Source of the DNA: Mesotaenium endlicherianum
Taxonomy: Eukaryota
Length of the DNA stretch: 60,608 bases
NCBI GenBank assembly: GCA_009602735.1
Contig: WELA01002985.1
Coordinates: 280,548 to 341,155 of the forward strand
Reading direction: 5' to 3'
Made by a program: the position numbers and the translations under genes. Positions 35,547 through 48,056 of this stretch are shown here, piece by piece; the stretch's first letter is position 1, and each line of letters begins with the position of its first letter. The notes under the pieces were generated by a model that searched no databases, was not told where the DNA came from, and worked only from the letters and a program-made list of their open reading frames with translations.

Positions 35547-38500
35547 TCATCCCCCTCTTCTAGATGCGACGTCCTCGACGCATTCTGCAAATAACGCCTC
35601 AACTTACTCTTACAATGAGTCAAGTTGGCTTCTGGCTTCCAAGTGTTGTCATCCGCATGGTAGTCCTTCCACTTGACCAAGTACTCTTGAAAAAGTCGTT
35701 GACCTCGTTTGACTCGTCGATCGCCGACACTCGCCTCCACTTCATACTCCAATATATCCTCGATCTCGACCGGTGGTGGCGGTGTAGGTAGTCGTCCTGG
35801 ATGTCCTTCATTTGGGTCAACGTATGGCCGCAGACAACTGACATGGAAGACATCATGGATACGCCAGCCTGAAGGAAGTTCCAACTTGTAGGTCACTGGA
35901 TTAACCTGCTTGAGCACCACAAAGGAACCTGTGAACCGTGCCCGCTGTTTCCTTTTTCTCGTGAAAGGTAGATTCTCTATTGACAAGAGTACTTTGTCGT
36001 CCACGTGGAATGTCACTTCTCTCCTGTGCTTGTTAGCATGCTTGACCTGCTCTTCTTGTGCCTTCCGAATACACGTCTTTGCCATGTCTTTGCCATCTGC
36101 TCCATAAACGCTTATATAGTAGGAACCTGAGTCTCCTTGGCCTTTTCCAACAAGATGTTCCCTGGATGATATACTTCTCGCCCATAAGCCATAGCGAATG
36201 GTGACTGCTTGGTCGATCCCTGCATGCTGTTGATGTAGGCAAACTCCAACCCTGGCAGCTTCTTGTCCCACTCTGAAGGGTCTTTCATAGTAAAACTCCT
36301 GAGCACCTCTTGCAGAGTTCTGTTGAGCCTCTCACTCTGCCCGTCTGTCTGAGGATGATTGGAAGTGCTCATACTCAGCTTGGTCCCCATCAAAGTAAAC
36401 AATGACCACCAAAATTTGCTAGTATACCTTGGATCCCAGTCTGAAACAATCACCTTCGGCAACCCATGTAGCTTGAAAATATGATCAAACAATAGCCGAG
36501 CCACATCTGCTGCCGTAGAAGTCTCCTTCATGGGAATGAAGTGTGCCATCTTGCTGAGCCGATCAGACACAACCCAAACTGCATCGTGTCCTTGACCACT
36601 CACTGGTAACGATGTGATGAAGTCCATAGCAATCTGCCCCCAATGATACTCTGGAATAGGTAGGGGCTGCAATGTACCTCCCTTCTTTTGATTTGGTGTC
36701 TTGTTTCTTTGGCACGCATCGCAACTTCTGATCCACTCCCCGATGTTCTTGTCCATATTTCTCCAATAGTACTCCCGCTTCAGCACGCTTGCCGTCTTGT
36801 CGCTTCCAAAGTGTCCAGCATATAAGCAATCATGATGCTCCGCAATTAGTAAGTCTCGTAGCTCCTTGATGTTAGGTACCACCACAATCTTTGAATCACC
36901 ATAATGCCATGTGCCGTCCTTCTTCTGCATACTCGCGATGGACTCAGCTGCTCCTCCATCAGCATACTCTGGATCCTTCTCATATCCTCTCTCAAGCTTC
37001 TCCTTGAAGTCCATACTCTTTTTGATGAATGAGACAGCTGCAAGGTCACACCTCCTGGATAAAGCGTCTGCAGAATTGATCTTCCCAGGTAGATACTCAA
37101 TCTTGTGGTCGAACTGTTGCAGGAACTCCATCCACCTTGCCTGTCTTGGTGTCAACGTTAGCTGTGTCATAAACTTCTCCAAGCTCTTGTGGTCGGTCTT
37201 GATAAACACCTTCCTTCCGTCCACATAACATTGCCAAATCCTCAAAGCCTGGATAATAGCCAACACCTCCCACTCGTGTGCTGCATAGTTTTGCTCAGCA
37301 AGACTCAGCATCCTGCTCTCATATGTCACAGGTTGCAATCCTTTCCCTTGGTCCTGGAGAAGAATGGCTCCCACTGCAAAGTTTGATGCGTCCGTGATGA
37401 TGGTGAAAGGAAGCTCTGGACTAGCAATTGCCAACACAGGTGCCTGTGTCAACAGCTCCTTAATCTTGTCAAAAGCTTCCTGCTCCTTATCACCCCATAG
37501 CCACTTCTCCTGCTTCTTCAACATGTCCATGAGGGGTGCACACACCTTGGCAAATCCTTCAATGAAGCGTCGATAATAATTCGCCATGCCGAGAAAACTC
37601 CTGAGTTAATAAATATCAGCAGGAACCGGCCAATCTCTGACTGCTTGCACTTTCTTCTGCTCCACCTTGACTCCTTCAACTCCCACTATGTGTCCAAGAA
37701 ACTCAACTTCCTTCAGAGAGAACTCGCACTTGCTCATCTTCCCCTATAACTTCCGATCTCTTAAGACCTCCAACACCTTCCTCAAATGCTCCACATGCTC
37801 TTCCAAGGTCTTCAAATAGATCAGGATGTCGTCCAAAAATACCACCACAAACTGGTCCAAATAGGGTCTGAAGATACTATTCATGAGTCCCATGAATGTA
37901 GCAGGTGCATTAGTCAACCCAAATGGCATGACAGTAAACTCGAATAAACCATAGCGAGTCCAGAAAGCCGTCTTCTGAACATCTCCTTCCACGATCCGTA
38001 CCTGGTGATAGCCACTCCTCAAATCGATTTTTGAGAAATACTTCGCCCCGACAAGCCTGTCAATCAACTCGTCCACTCGTGGAAGTGGGTACCTGTTCTT
38101 GATGGTGACCTTGTTGAGTGCCCGGTAGTCGACACACATCCTCATAGTCCCATCCTTCTTCTTCACAAATAAGATTGGCGCTGCAAATGGAGACTCGCTG
38201 GGTTGGATGAATCCCTTCTCTAATAACTCTGTCAGCTGCTTCTTCAAGTCATCCAACTCCGCAAACGATTGTCGATAGGCGGGTCTTACTGGTGGCTTGC
38301 TCCCTGGTTCCAACTCAATTTTGTGCTCCATAGCTCTCTGTGGAGGTAGTCCTGCAGGTAGCTCCTCAGGAAATACGCACTTGAACTCCTCCAACAGCGC
38401 CTTAATTTGGACAGGCATCTCAGCAGGCTTCTTCTCTTGAGCAGTTGGGCTCTACTCCTTCTGAGCAAGGGGATCAGACACCACTACTTGCTCCTCCGGC

Positions 38501-40088
38501 GATGTACATTCGCCCAGGCTGTTAGGATTCACGCTTGCTCCATCTGATGACCTGGCCAGGGCCACCAAAATAAGGTACATCTCCTTCACCTGATTCGCCC
38601 TGCATAGCTTCTTAACTTGTAGGCTCGACAGAAGACAGTTACTTGTGGTCGTATCCACCTCCACCTGTTTCGCTGTCTCCATTTGACCATCACGCCCTTG
38701 GACCTTCACTTGTCCTGTGCTCCAATGCACTTAAGGGTTGGCTTTTCTTAGCCATGGTCGGCCCAATATCACCTCATGGTGATCCAACTCTGCCTGCTCC
38801 ATAACTTCCTTACTCCGGTGCCCCGCTACTTCCACGTGAATAGCTTCCGTAGGTGCACCACACTTGAGTCTCTGCCCATTCGCAAAATTGCCTCCTTAGG
38901 CTCATAATGCTTCTGCACAAGGATTTGCCACTCTTTCACCAGCTTCTTGTGCACAAAGTTTGCACTTGCGCCACTGTCGACCATACACTTCGCCTTGTTG
39001 CCGTGAACTACTCCTTCCACGACGATAGGCTTGTCAACGTCTCGTCCTTTGCTTCTCGGCAGGCTCCTGGGGATATCCTCCTTGTGAGTTCTCGTCTTCA
39101 CGCCAGTAGACACCCCAGAACGGCGTCCTCCTTTTTCCTGCTGTTGAGGTTGCTTTGCCTTCACATGACAGTCTCGAGCCAGATATCCAAGCTTGCCACA
39201 GTTGTAGCAGGGTCCTCTCGGCTTAACATTTTGCTTCCTGCGCAGATACTGAACAAGTCCCAACTCCACAGGTACTGGACCTTGACCACTTGTGCTTGGT
39301 GCTTGAGGTCCAAAGTGTCGATATCATCCAAGGTTGTGGCTGCCCCACTGCCTCTGACTATACTCCACAACGTCAACCCTTGTTGCCAATGCCATCATTT
39401 CTCCAAGACTGGTAGGGTCCTTGAGCGCCACTTCCTTGGCCACAGTTGGCTTGAGTCCCCTCTTGAACTTGTCCTTCATCTCCGACTCATGCATGGATGA
39501 ACATTGAAGCACCAGCTTGTTGAAGCGCGATACATACCTTGAACGCTTCCAAAGGCGCACCAATAGATCTCGATCGATAGCCTCGGGTGCAATAGGTTGA
39601 AATTGCTTTTTCAAGCCTTCAAATAGCTGATCAACAGCAGCAGGAACTCTAGACAGCTGCTCTTCTCGTTCATACCAAGCTCCAGCACTCTTTTTCAGCA
39701 AGGTCATCACGAAGGTGACTTGCCTGTCGGGCGTGAGCGCAAAACACTCCATAAACTTCTTCACTCCAACAATCTATTGATGAACAGGCGGCGATCCACG
39801 CTCTCCAATATACACTTCAGGCTTAGGCGCACGCACTCCTGATGCGGTTGGAATAACTGGTTGCACCACTGGGTTAACATGAATTGGTGGTACAACAAGT
39901 GCAAGTGCCGAACTCGTCAAAGCGGCGTTCCCTATAACAACTCGCACCATTCTGTCCACCTCCTGGCGCATATTTTGTTGAAACAGTGTATAGATTCTTC
40001 CTCCAATTGCGTTTGCCATCTGCCTCAACATCGTCTGCATCTCTTGTTGCTCCCTTGACAATGGTGGTGCCGTCTGCTCCACGCGCAT
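35534..40088 (-). pseudogene. B1 gag-pol pseudogene (Gag CCHC, protease, RT, RNase H, integrase, chromodomain)
   Basis: Fragments [52 protein letters not shown] split by stops and frameshifts. Confidence 0.93.
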
Positions 40089-40173
40089 AACATGCTCGAC
40101 ATATTCGCCTCCTCCAGTTGCCGACTAGGACTCCATAATATAATATGCAAACTAGCCCAGCTCCGATACCAGA

Positions 40174-40909
40174 TGAAAGGGGCAGAGTGCCCTAGTGGAA
40201 GCGTAGTAACTCACGAGGAAGGAACTATTTGCAATCATTTCAAAGAGTGCAGCGGCGTCTCACTAGGAAAGCTTAGGAAAAATACTCAACATTTTGAGTA
40301 GCAAGAATTGCTCACAAATGATGTAGGATGAAAGGCCTTGTCATTACCAACCCGTAGAAATTTACAGAAGTGAAAACTCATAAGAAATGAAGTAGTTATG
40401 CCTATTTATAGTTTTCTAATCTAAGTCGACCTCTCTAGACGGGAGGGCCGCTTGGCAACGGATTTTCCTAAGTGTTTGACAAATCGTCCCTTCCAGAATA
40501 TTTGTGAGTAAGCCAGATCAATCTCATCTGACGCGTCGGGTCGAATTGACGTTCTCATGCATGCATCAAAATATATAGAATATACTAACGTAGACGCGCT
40601 AGGTCAATCCGAAACATCTAGATAAATCGACGTGGTCGGCACTCCGCGTCAGCCGAAATTACGTGAAGGTTCGAGTTCACTCTAACGGGCCAGATCGATC
40701 GACGCTGTCGGTCAATCCGACGGTCGCGCTCACCTCGAATTGAGGACAGTCGTCAACCGACCTCAAAACTTATAAAACTTCGGAAATCCATAACTCTCTC
40801 AATACTTGACCGAATTCGATGAACTTTACATCAAAATGACCGCTTCTATGCAATCAAAACACACTCTGAAAGAACTCAAAAATGCAATTTAAAAACCTAT
40901 GACCTTACA
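40174..40909 (-). repeat. B1 5' LTR
   Basis: TGTAAGGTC...CCCCTTTCA on the minus strand, followed by PBS. Confidence 0.93.
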
Positions 40910-41051
40910 GGTGCCATTGACCAGGTTGACCTGTCGGTGGTCCTTCGCTCGTGTGTGCGTTGTGTGGTCGACTAGTCGGTGCATCCCTGCACGTGGGAAA
41001 TTGACCTGGTAGATTGATCCCCACACGTATGTCGATGGCAAGTATTATGAG

Positions 41052-41540
41052 TGTAGTGATTAGAGTTATAAGATATATTTTGATACTTTTGAATATATTT
41101 GGAGTAGTATTGTGTGGAGTCAAGTGTGAATAGATACTCTAGTGACTTGGTTCATGTCCTTTGAACCTTCTAAGGCATTTTTGAAGTTAGAGGAAGGACC
41201 TAGAAGAACTCCATGTGGCAAAAGTCAAATGTGCCATTTCTAGGTCATAAGGACATGTGTACATTATTCTAGAAAGAGGTGGCAACTTTTGGAATGTGTT
41301 GGGTGCCAACACATTGACATGCATCTTCCTAGAAATTACTTATGTAGCAAGTACATAAACAAGAGCTAGAACATAGAAAGATAGCAGAATCACTCTTGTA
41401 CATGCCAAATTCCAAAAATATATTAACTTTCAAAAAGTCATCTCTCTTTCAAGAAGCTACCACTTGTGTTCAAAGTTCCTTTTCTTGAATAGATAAAGCA
41501 TTCTATTTTACTAAGTACTTTATCTATCTGTTTCACTACA
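41052..41540 (+). repeat. A2 5' LTR
   Basis: Homologous to the A1 LTR, TG..CA. Confidence 0.93.
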
Positions 41541-41577
41541 GTGGTATCAGAGCTAGGCACTTTGGTAGCACAAGAAG

Positions 41578-44500
41578 ATAGCCGATCCTCAAGACCAACA
41601 GCAAGTTTTCGAAGGAAGCCCTTCCTCTCCAAGAGACCCTCCTCCAGCGCCGATGGGAGAGCCCACTCAAGAAAATCTGCAACAACAAGAAGCACCACAA
41701 GGAGGAGCACCGTCAAATCCCGTGGCAGCCGCTATAGCAAAGTTGACCCCACCACAAGGAGTTCCCGCAAATGAGTGGGCAGCCTTCCCAATGACCGTCC
41801 ACAACCAAGTGGGCTTGGCCACCTATGAAGCAACCGTGCAAGCGTCGAGAGAAGCTATGGCTGCCATGGTTGCCCCTATTGCGAGCAATGCTCAAAATCC
41901 AGCCCCGGCGCAAGCGCCTTCACAAGAGCAAGAGCCTACAAGAGCAAGAAAACTCATCAAGCCCGGCAAACTAGACACTTTCAACCCTGGGAGAGGAGCT
42001 AAATTGAATTTATGGCTCTACCAAGTGGAGACGTACCTCACATTCCTTGAAGTACCCGAGGAGGACTACATCCCTTTTGCCGTTACCTTGCTCAGAGGAG
42101 CAGCAACATCATGGTGGCGTAACTATCAAGCGGCTGTATATCAAGCTGTGGCGCATCCCATACCCGGCCAAGAGCCCCCAACCTCATATGCAAGATGGGT
42201 GGATTTTTGTGAAGTCCTCTAGAAGCAATTCATGCCCATCAATGCGGAGAAAATTGCTTGAGAAAAGCTTCGCCATCTCAAGCAAACAACGTCCGTTCAA
42301 GAATATACATCTAAATTTCATGACCTCACTCTTGAGATCCCCAACATGTCGCTCGAGGAGAACATTGATCGTTATGTGTCTGGCCTCAAGCCCAAGGTGG
42401 CAAAAGAAGTAGAATTACGCGACTTGACGGACTTTACAAAGATTATTGAAGTGGCTCAAAAGGTGGATACCTTGGATTTCAAGCACTCCGTGCCTTCATC
42501 TTCACGGGCACCGGCGACGCGGGTGTACGCAGCCCCTTCCACGTCTGAATATGGATCCACACCCATGGAAATTGGTGTTATTAAAAGGGACCCCGCGGCT
42601 GCTCGGAAAAGTGGAAGACCCTCCAATGACACTTATGATGCAAGAAACCAGCAAGGAGTGAAAGCAAGACTCTCCTCGGCTGAAAAAGAAGCTCTCATGA
42701 CGGCTGGACTATGCTCTTATTGCAAGGAAAAGGGTCATCGTGCACTCTCATGCCCCAAAACGTTGTCAAAAAATGGACAGCGCCGGTAGGCCAGGAGCCT
42801 ACCACCCCAAGACCCACTTCACGAGAAGACAACAAGCCAAGTGAAGTGGAGACCCCCGTTGAAGACGACGTTCCAGCCCCAATGAGTTTGAGAGGTTACA
42901 TTGGAGGAGAGAAGGTCTACATCTTGGTGGATAACGGAGCTTAAGGCAACTTCATTGCTGCAGATTTTGCCACCAAGCACGGTGTTACTATGCGAACTCT
43001 TGACCACAATGAGGAGATTATGATGCCCGATGGATTGTCCTATACTACCCCTTCCAAGAAGACGTACCCCTTGGCACGCTCTATCAAGTCTTTCAAGGAT
43101 AGAGTAGTATTCTCCCCCATGCAATTGGGCAAGTACGACGTCATCCAAGGGACGCCTTGGTTGACCAAGCACAACCCCCAAGTTGATTGGAGAGACGGTA
43201 CTATCAAGATCAAGAATGATATCACTTCAAGAATCTGTATTTTGCGCGCAATCCATAATATCCAGACCCAAGACATCAAGAAGCCGGCACACGAGATACT
43301 ATTGTCCGCCCTCCAACTCAAGAGACTTGTGAGGAAGGGACACGAGCTTCTTTTGGCCTTGATCACGCCAAAAGACATCAAGAAAGACATCGAGAGTCAA
43401 GAAGGCAGCCCCCTTCCCAAGGAGATACAAGAAGTCTTGGAGGACTACAAAGAAGTGTTCTTCCCGAAACTGCCCAAGGGCCTACTCCCCAAGAGATTCG
43501 TAGACCACAACATAGAGTTGGAGCCCGGAAGCAAGCCCATCTCTTGGCCTACGTTCAAGATCTCATACACGGAGGTAGACAAAGTCAAGAAGCAAATCAA
43601 AGAGCTACTGGAGCATGGCTTCATTTGACCTAGCAAGTCGCCATTTGGAGCCCCGGTGCTATTTGTCAGGAAGAAAGATGGTACCTTGAGGATATGTGTG
43701 GACTATCGCATTTTGAGTTCATGGTCCTGCCATTTGGACTCACCAACGCGCCAGCAACTTTCATGACTATGATGAACACTATATTTCAGCCCATGTTGGA
43801 CAGATTTGTGGTGGTATTCACCCGTGACATCCTTATCTTTAGCAAGACCCTTGAGAGCATGCGAGACACTTGAAGGAAGTCCTCGAAGTATCGAAGCAAA
43901 ACAAGCTATTTGCAAAGGAGTCAAAGTGCGAGTTTGCCAAACAAGAAATGGAGTTCCTAGGTCTCCACGTGACTGCTGATGGCATCAAGATGGACCCCAA
44001 GAAGACCACGGTGGTGGAGGAAAGGCCAACCCGCACGACCAAGAAAGAACTCCAGTCATTCTTGGGATTTGCGAATTGGTACAGGAGATTCATCCAGAGC
44101 TTCTCGCACATAGCAACCCCTCTCACGGATCTACTGAAGAAAGACAAGCCATATGTTTGGACCGAGAAAGAGGAGGAAGCATTCCAACAACTGAAACAAA
44201 GATTGACGACATCCTCGGTGCTCACACTCCCAAGTCCAAACCCAGATTGGCCCTTCCACGTCATCACCGATGCATCTTCCTATGCGATTGAATCCTGCTT
44301 CAAGACCAAGGCAAGGGACTGCAGCCCATTGCCTACAAGTCAAGGAAGCTAAATCCAGCCGAGCAAAATTATACAACCACGGAGCGAGAGACATTGGCGA
44401 TTGTACATGCCTTGAAGGTGCGGCGCTGCTACGTTGAAGGACGCAAGGTGCTGGTCACTACGGACCACGAGGCGTTGAAGCACCTCCAGACGCAGCCGTA

Positions 44501-46195
44501 TCTCTCAAGAAGACGAGCAAGATGGAGTGGATGATTGCAACAATACAACATCACGATTCAGTACCAGCCCGACAAGACAAACCCGGCTGACCCCCTCTCA
44601 AGACTGCAATTAAACGCAGTGATGACATCCCTGAAGATAGATCTGGAAGCTCGATTTTCAGCTGCCTATGAAAGAGACCCTTACTACAAGAACGGAGAAG
44701 CAGCCTTGGACCGATACAAGAAGCAAGAAGGCAATTATTGGGTTAGGCAAAATACGGGCCAGAGATGTGTTCCTAATGACTTAGTCCTCCGGCTCTTGCT
44801 TCTACGAGAAGCACACGACAACCCTCTTCGAGGACACTTCAGAATCCTAAGGACCACGGGCGTTCTAGCCAGGACTTATTGTTGGCCAGGCATGTCTAAG
44901 CAAGTCAAGGAGTACTACAGGAGCTGTGACACATGCCAAAGAATCAAGCCATCATCGCAAAAGGCGGGAGGACTCCTCCAACCACTACCAATCTTGGAAA
45001 GGCAATGGACGGACATCTCAATGGACCTTATCGTGGACCTGCCCGTGACACCTCGAGGCCATAATGCAATACTCACGATGGTGGGCAAATTTACTAAGAT
45101 GGCTCATTTTATTCCCACGACGACTAAGGCTACGGCACCTCAACTTGCAAGACTCATCTTTGACAACATCTTCCGACTCCATGGACTACCATCAAGAATT
45201 GTGTCGGATAGAGATCCAGGATTCACAAGCCATTTTTGGAAAAATCTCTTCAAGAACTTGGGTACATCACTAGATATGTCTACTGCCTACCACCCGCAAT
45301 CGGATGGGCAAACCCAGCGTATGACTTGTACCCTAAAGACCTCTCTAAAGGCCTACGTGTCAACTCTGGAGCAAGATTGGGACATGTACTTGACCCCCCT
45401 GGAGTTTGCCTACAACAACGCGACGCAGGCCTCTACCCAAGAGTCCCCATTCTTCCTCAACTATGGCTTCCATCCAACCACGCCGCTGAGCTTCACGGCT
45501 GGCCATGATGAAGTACCTGCAGCAACAGATTTTATGTAGACATTAGAAGCGGCCCTAACGTCAGCGAAGAAAGCTCTACAACAGGCGCAAGATGCTCAAG
45601 CAAGAATCGCAAACAGGTCCAGAAGAGAAAATACGTAAAGAGTGGGTGACAACGTGTTACTATTATCCAAGAATATTTCCTTGAAGAACAGGCCTGCCGG
45701 TAGCAAGTTCTCTCTCAAGTATTTGGGACCCTTCAAGATTATCCAACAAGTCAACCCCGTCGCTTTCAAGCTAGAACTTCCCCAGACTATGCACATCGAC
45801 CCAGTATTTCACGCTTCCCTCTTCAAGCCATATGTGCAACCCGACAACAAATTCCTAGGACGAGTGACAACCCCACCAGCCCCAACAATAGTGGATGACC
45901 ATTTGGAGTACGAAGTGGATGACAAAGTGGCTACAAGAAATTTCAGGAGACAGCAGCAATACTTGATCAAGTGGAAAGGATATCCAGATTCGGAGAAGAG
46001 TTGGGTGGCGGTGCACTACCTTGACAAAGTTCAGAGAAAGCTGAACGCTTCCATGCCGCCAACCCCCATCTTGGACCAGCCCCAAGTCTCTCTACTAGAA
46101 GCCCAAAGACTTCAGGGAGGCAGCCTGCCACCACCAAGATGCAGCAGAAGACCCCTTGGAGGTAGCCTGCAAGAACAAGAAAGAGGAAGAATTGA
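41578..46195 (+). pseudogene. A2 gag-pol pseudogene
   Basis: Highly similar to A1, but the gag ATG is mutated to ATA, with several stops and frameshifts, protease DSG changed to DNG, and a ~170-nt RT deletion at ~43709. Confidence 0.94.
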
Positions 46196-46255
46196 CATTA
46201 GACACTCTTCTATTCTCGCAGTTTCTGGACAGAAAACTAAGACTGCTACTGGTGA

Positions 46256-47000
46256 TGTAAGGTCATAGATTTATAAAGTGCATTTTTGAGTTTGATGAAA
46301 GTATGTTTTGATGGTCTAGTAGTTTAGAGTGCATTTTTGTGGTTATTTTGATATAAAATTCATCGAATTTGGTTAAGTATTGAGAGAGTTATGGATTTCC
46401 GAAGTTTAATTAGGTTTGAGGTAGATTTGACGACTGTCCTTAATTCGCGGTGAGCGCGACCGTCGAATTAACTGACAGCGTTGAGCGATCTGGCCCGTTA
46501 GAGTGAATTCGAACCTTCATGTAAGTTCGGCTGACGCGGAGTGCCGACTAGGTCGATTTACCTAGAAGATTTGGATTAGCCTAGCGCGTCTAAGTTAGTA
46601 TATTCTAGATATTTGGATGCATGCATGTGGACGTCAAATCGGCCCGACACGTCAGATGAGACTAATCTGGCTTTGTCACAAATATTTTGGAAGGGACAGT
46701 TTGACAAACACTTAGGAAAGCGGCCCTCCTGCCTAGGGGCGAGCGACCGTCGTAGAAAATTATAAATAGGCATAACTACTTTGTTCCTTATCAGTTTTCA
46801 CTTCTGTAAATTTCTACGGGTTTGTAATGACAAGGCCTTTTCATCCTACATCATTTGTGAGCAGTTTCTTGCTACTCAAAATGTTGAGTAATTTTCCTAA
46901 GCTTTGTTAGTGATATGCCGTTGCACTCTCTAGTATGATTGCAACTAGAACCTTTCCTCGTGAATCACTACGCTTCCACTAGGGCACCCTGCCCCTTTCA
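46256..47000 (+). repeat. B2 5' LTR
   Basis: TGTAAGG...CTTTCA; TATAAATA at ~46761. Confidence 0.95.
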
Positions 47001-47071
47001 TCTGGTATTGGAGCAGGGCTAGTTTGCTTATTATATTATTGAGTCGCAGCCGGCAGCTGGAGGAGGTGAAC

Positions 47072-48056
47072 ATGTCGAGCATGTTGAGCGCGCGGGGCAG
47101 CAGGCAGCACCAACGATGACTAGAGAGCAACAAGAGATGCAAGCGATGCTAAGGCAATTGGAGGAGAAGTCTACGCCCAATTTCAACAAAATATGCGCGC
47201 GGAGGTGGAGAGGATGGTGCAAGTTGTTGTTGGGAACGCCGCTTTGACGTGTTCGGCACTTGCACCTGTTGTGCCACCAATTCATGTTAACCCAGTGGTG
47301 CAACCAGTTATTCCACCCGCATCAGGAGTGCGTGCGCCTAAGCCTGAAGTTTATGCTGGAGAGCGTGGATCGCCGCCTGTTCATCAATGAATTTTTGGAG
47401 TGAAGATGTTTATGGAGTACTTTGCGCTCACGCCCGACAGGCAAGTCGCCTTTGTTATAACTTTGCTGCAGAAGAGTGCTGGAGCGTGGTATGAACAAGA
47501 AGAGCAGCTGTCTGGAGTTCCTGCTACTGTTGATCAGCTCTTTGAAGGCTTGAAGAGGCAATTTCAACCTATTGCACCCGAGGCTACCGCTCGAGATCTA
47601 TTGGTGCGCCTTCGTTGACGAGCAAGCGTTCAAGAGTATATATCGCGCTTCAACGAGCTGGTGCTTCAATGTCCATCCATGCACGAGTCGGAGATGATGG
47701 ACAAGTTCAAGAGGGGACTCAAACCAACTGTGGCCAAGGAAGTGGCGCTCAAGGACCCTACCAGTCTTGGAGAGATGATGGCATTGGCAACAAGGGTCGA
47801 CGCTGTGGAGTATAGTCAGAGGCAGTGGGGCAGCCACAACTTTGGAGAATATCGACACTTTGGACCTCAATCGCCAAGCACGAGTGTTCAAGGTCCAGTC
47901 TCTATGGAGTTGGGACTTGTTCAGTACCAGCGCAGACAGCAGAATTTTAAGCCGAGAGGACCCTGCTATAATTGTGGCAAGCTTGGACATCTGGTTCGAG
48001 ACTGTCATGTGAAGGTGAAGCAACCTCAACAGCAGGAAAAAGGAGGACGCCAGTAA
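47072..48056 (+). pseudogene. gag: B2 gag (disrupted)
   Basis: Fragments ..SAGAWY.., [21 protein letters not shown]; stops and frameshifts. Confidence 0.88.

Larger units (their letters stand above)
34793..40909 (-). mobile_element. Full-length but decayed Ty3/gypsy chromovirus (family B, copy B1)
   Basis: LTRs 40174-40909 (5') and 34793-35546 (3'); PBS TGGTATCGGAGC at 40171-40160; PPT at 35547-35560; TSD TGTGC/GGTGC. Confidence 0.95.
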
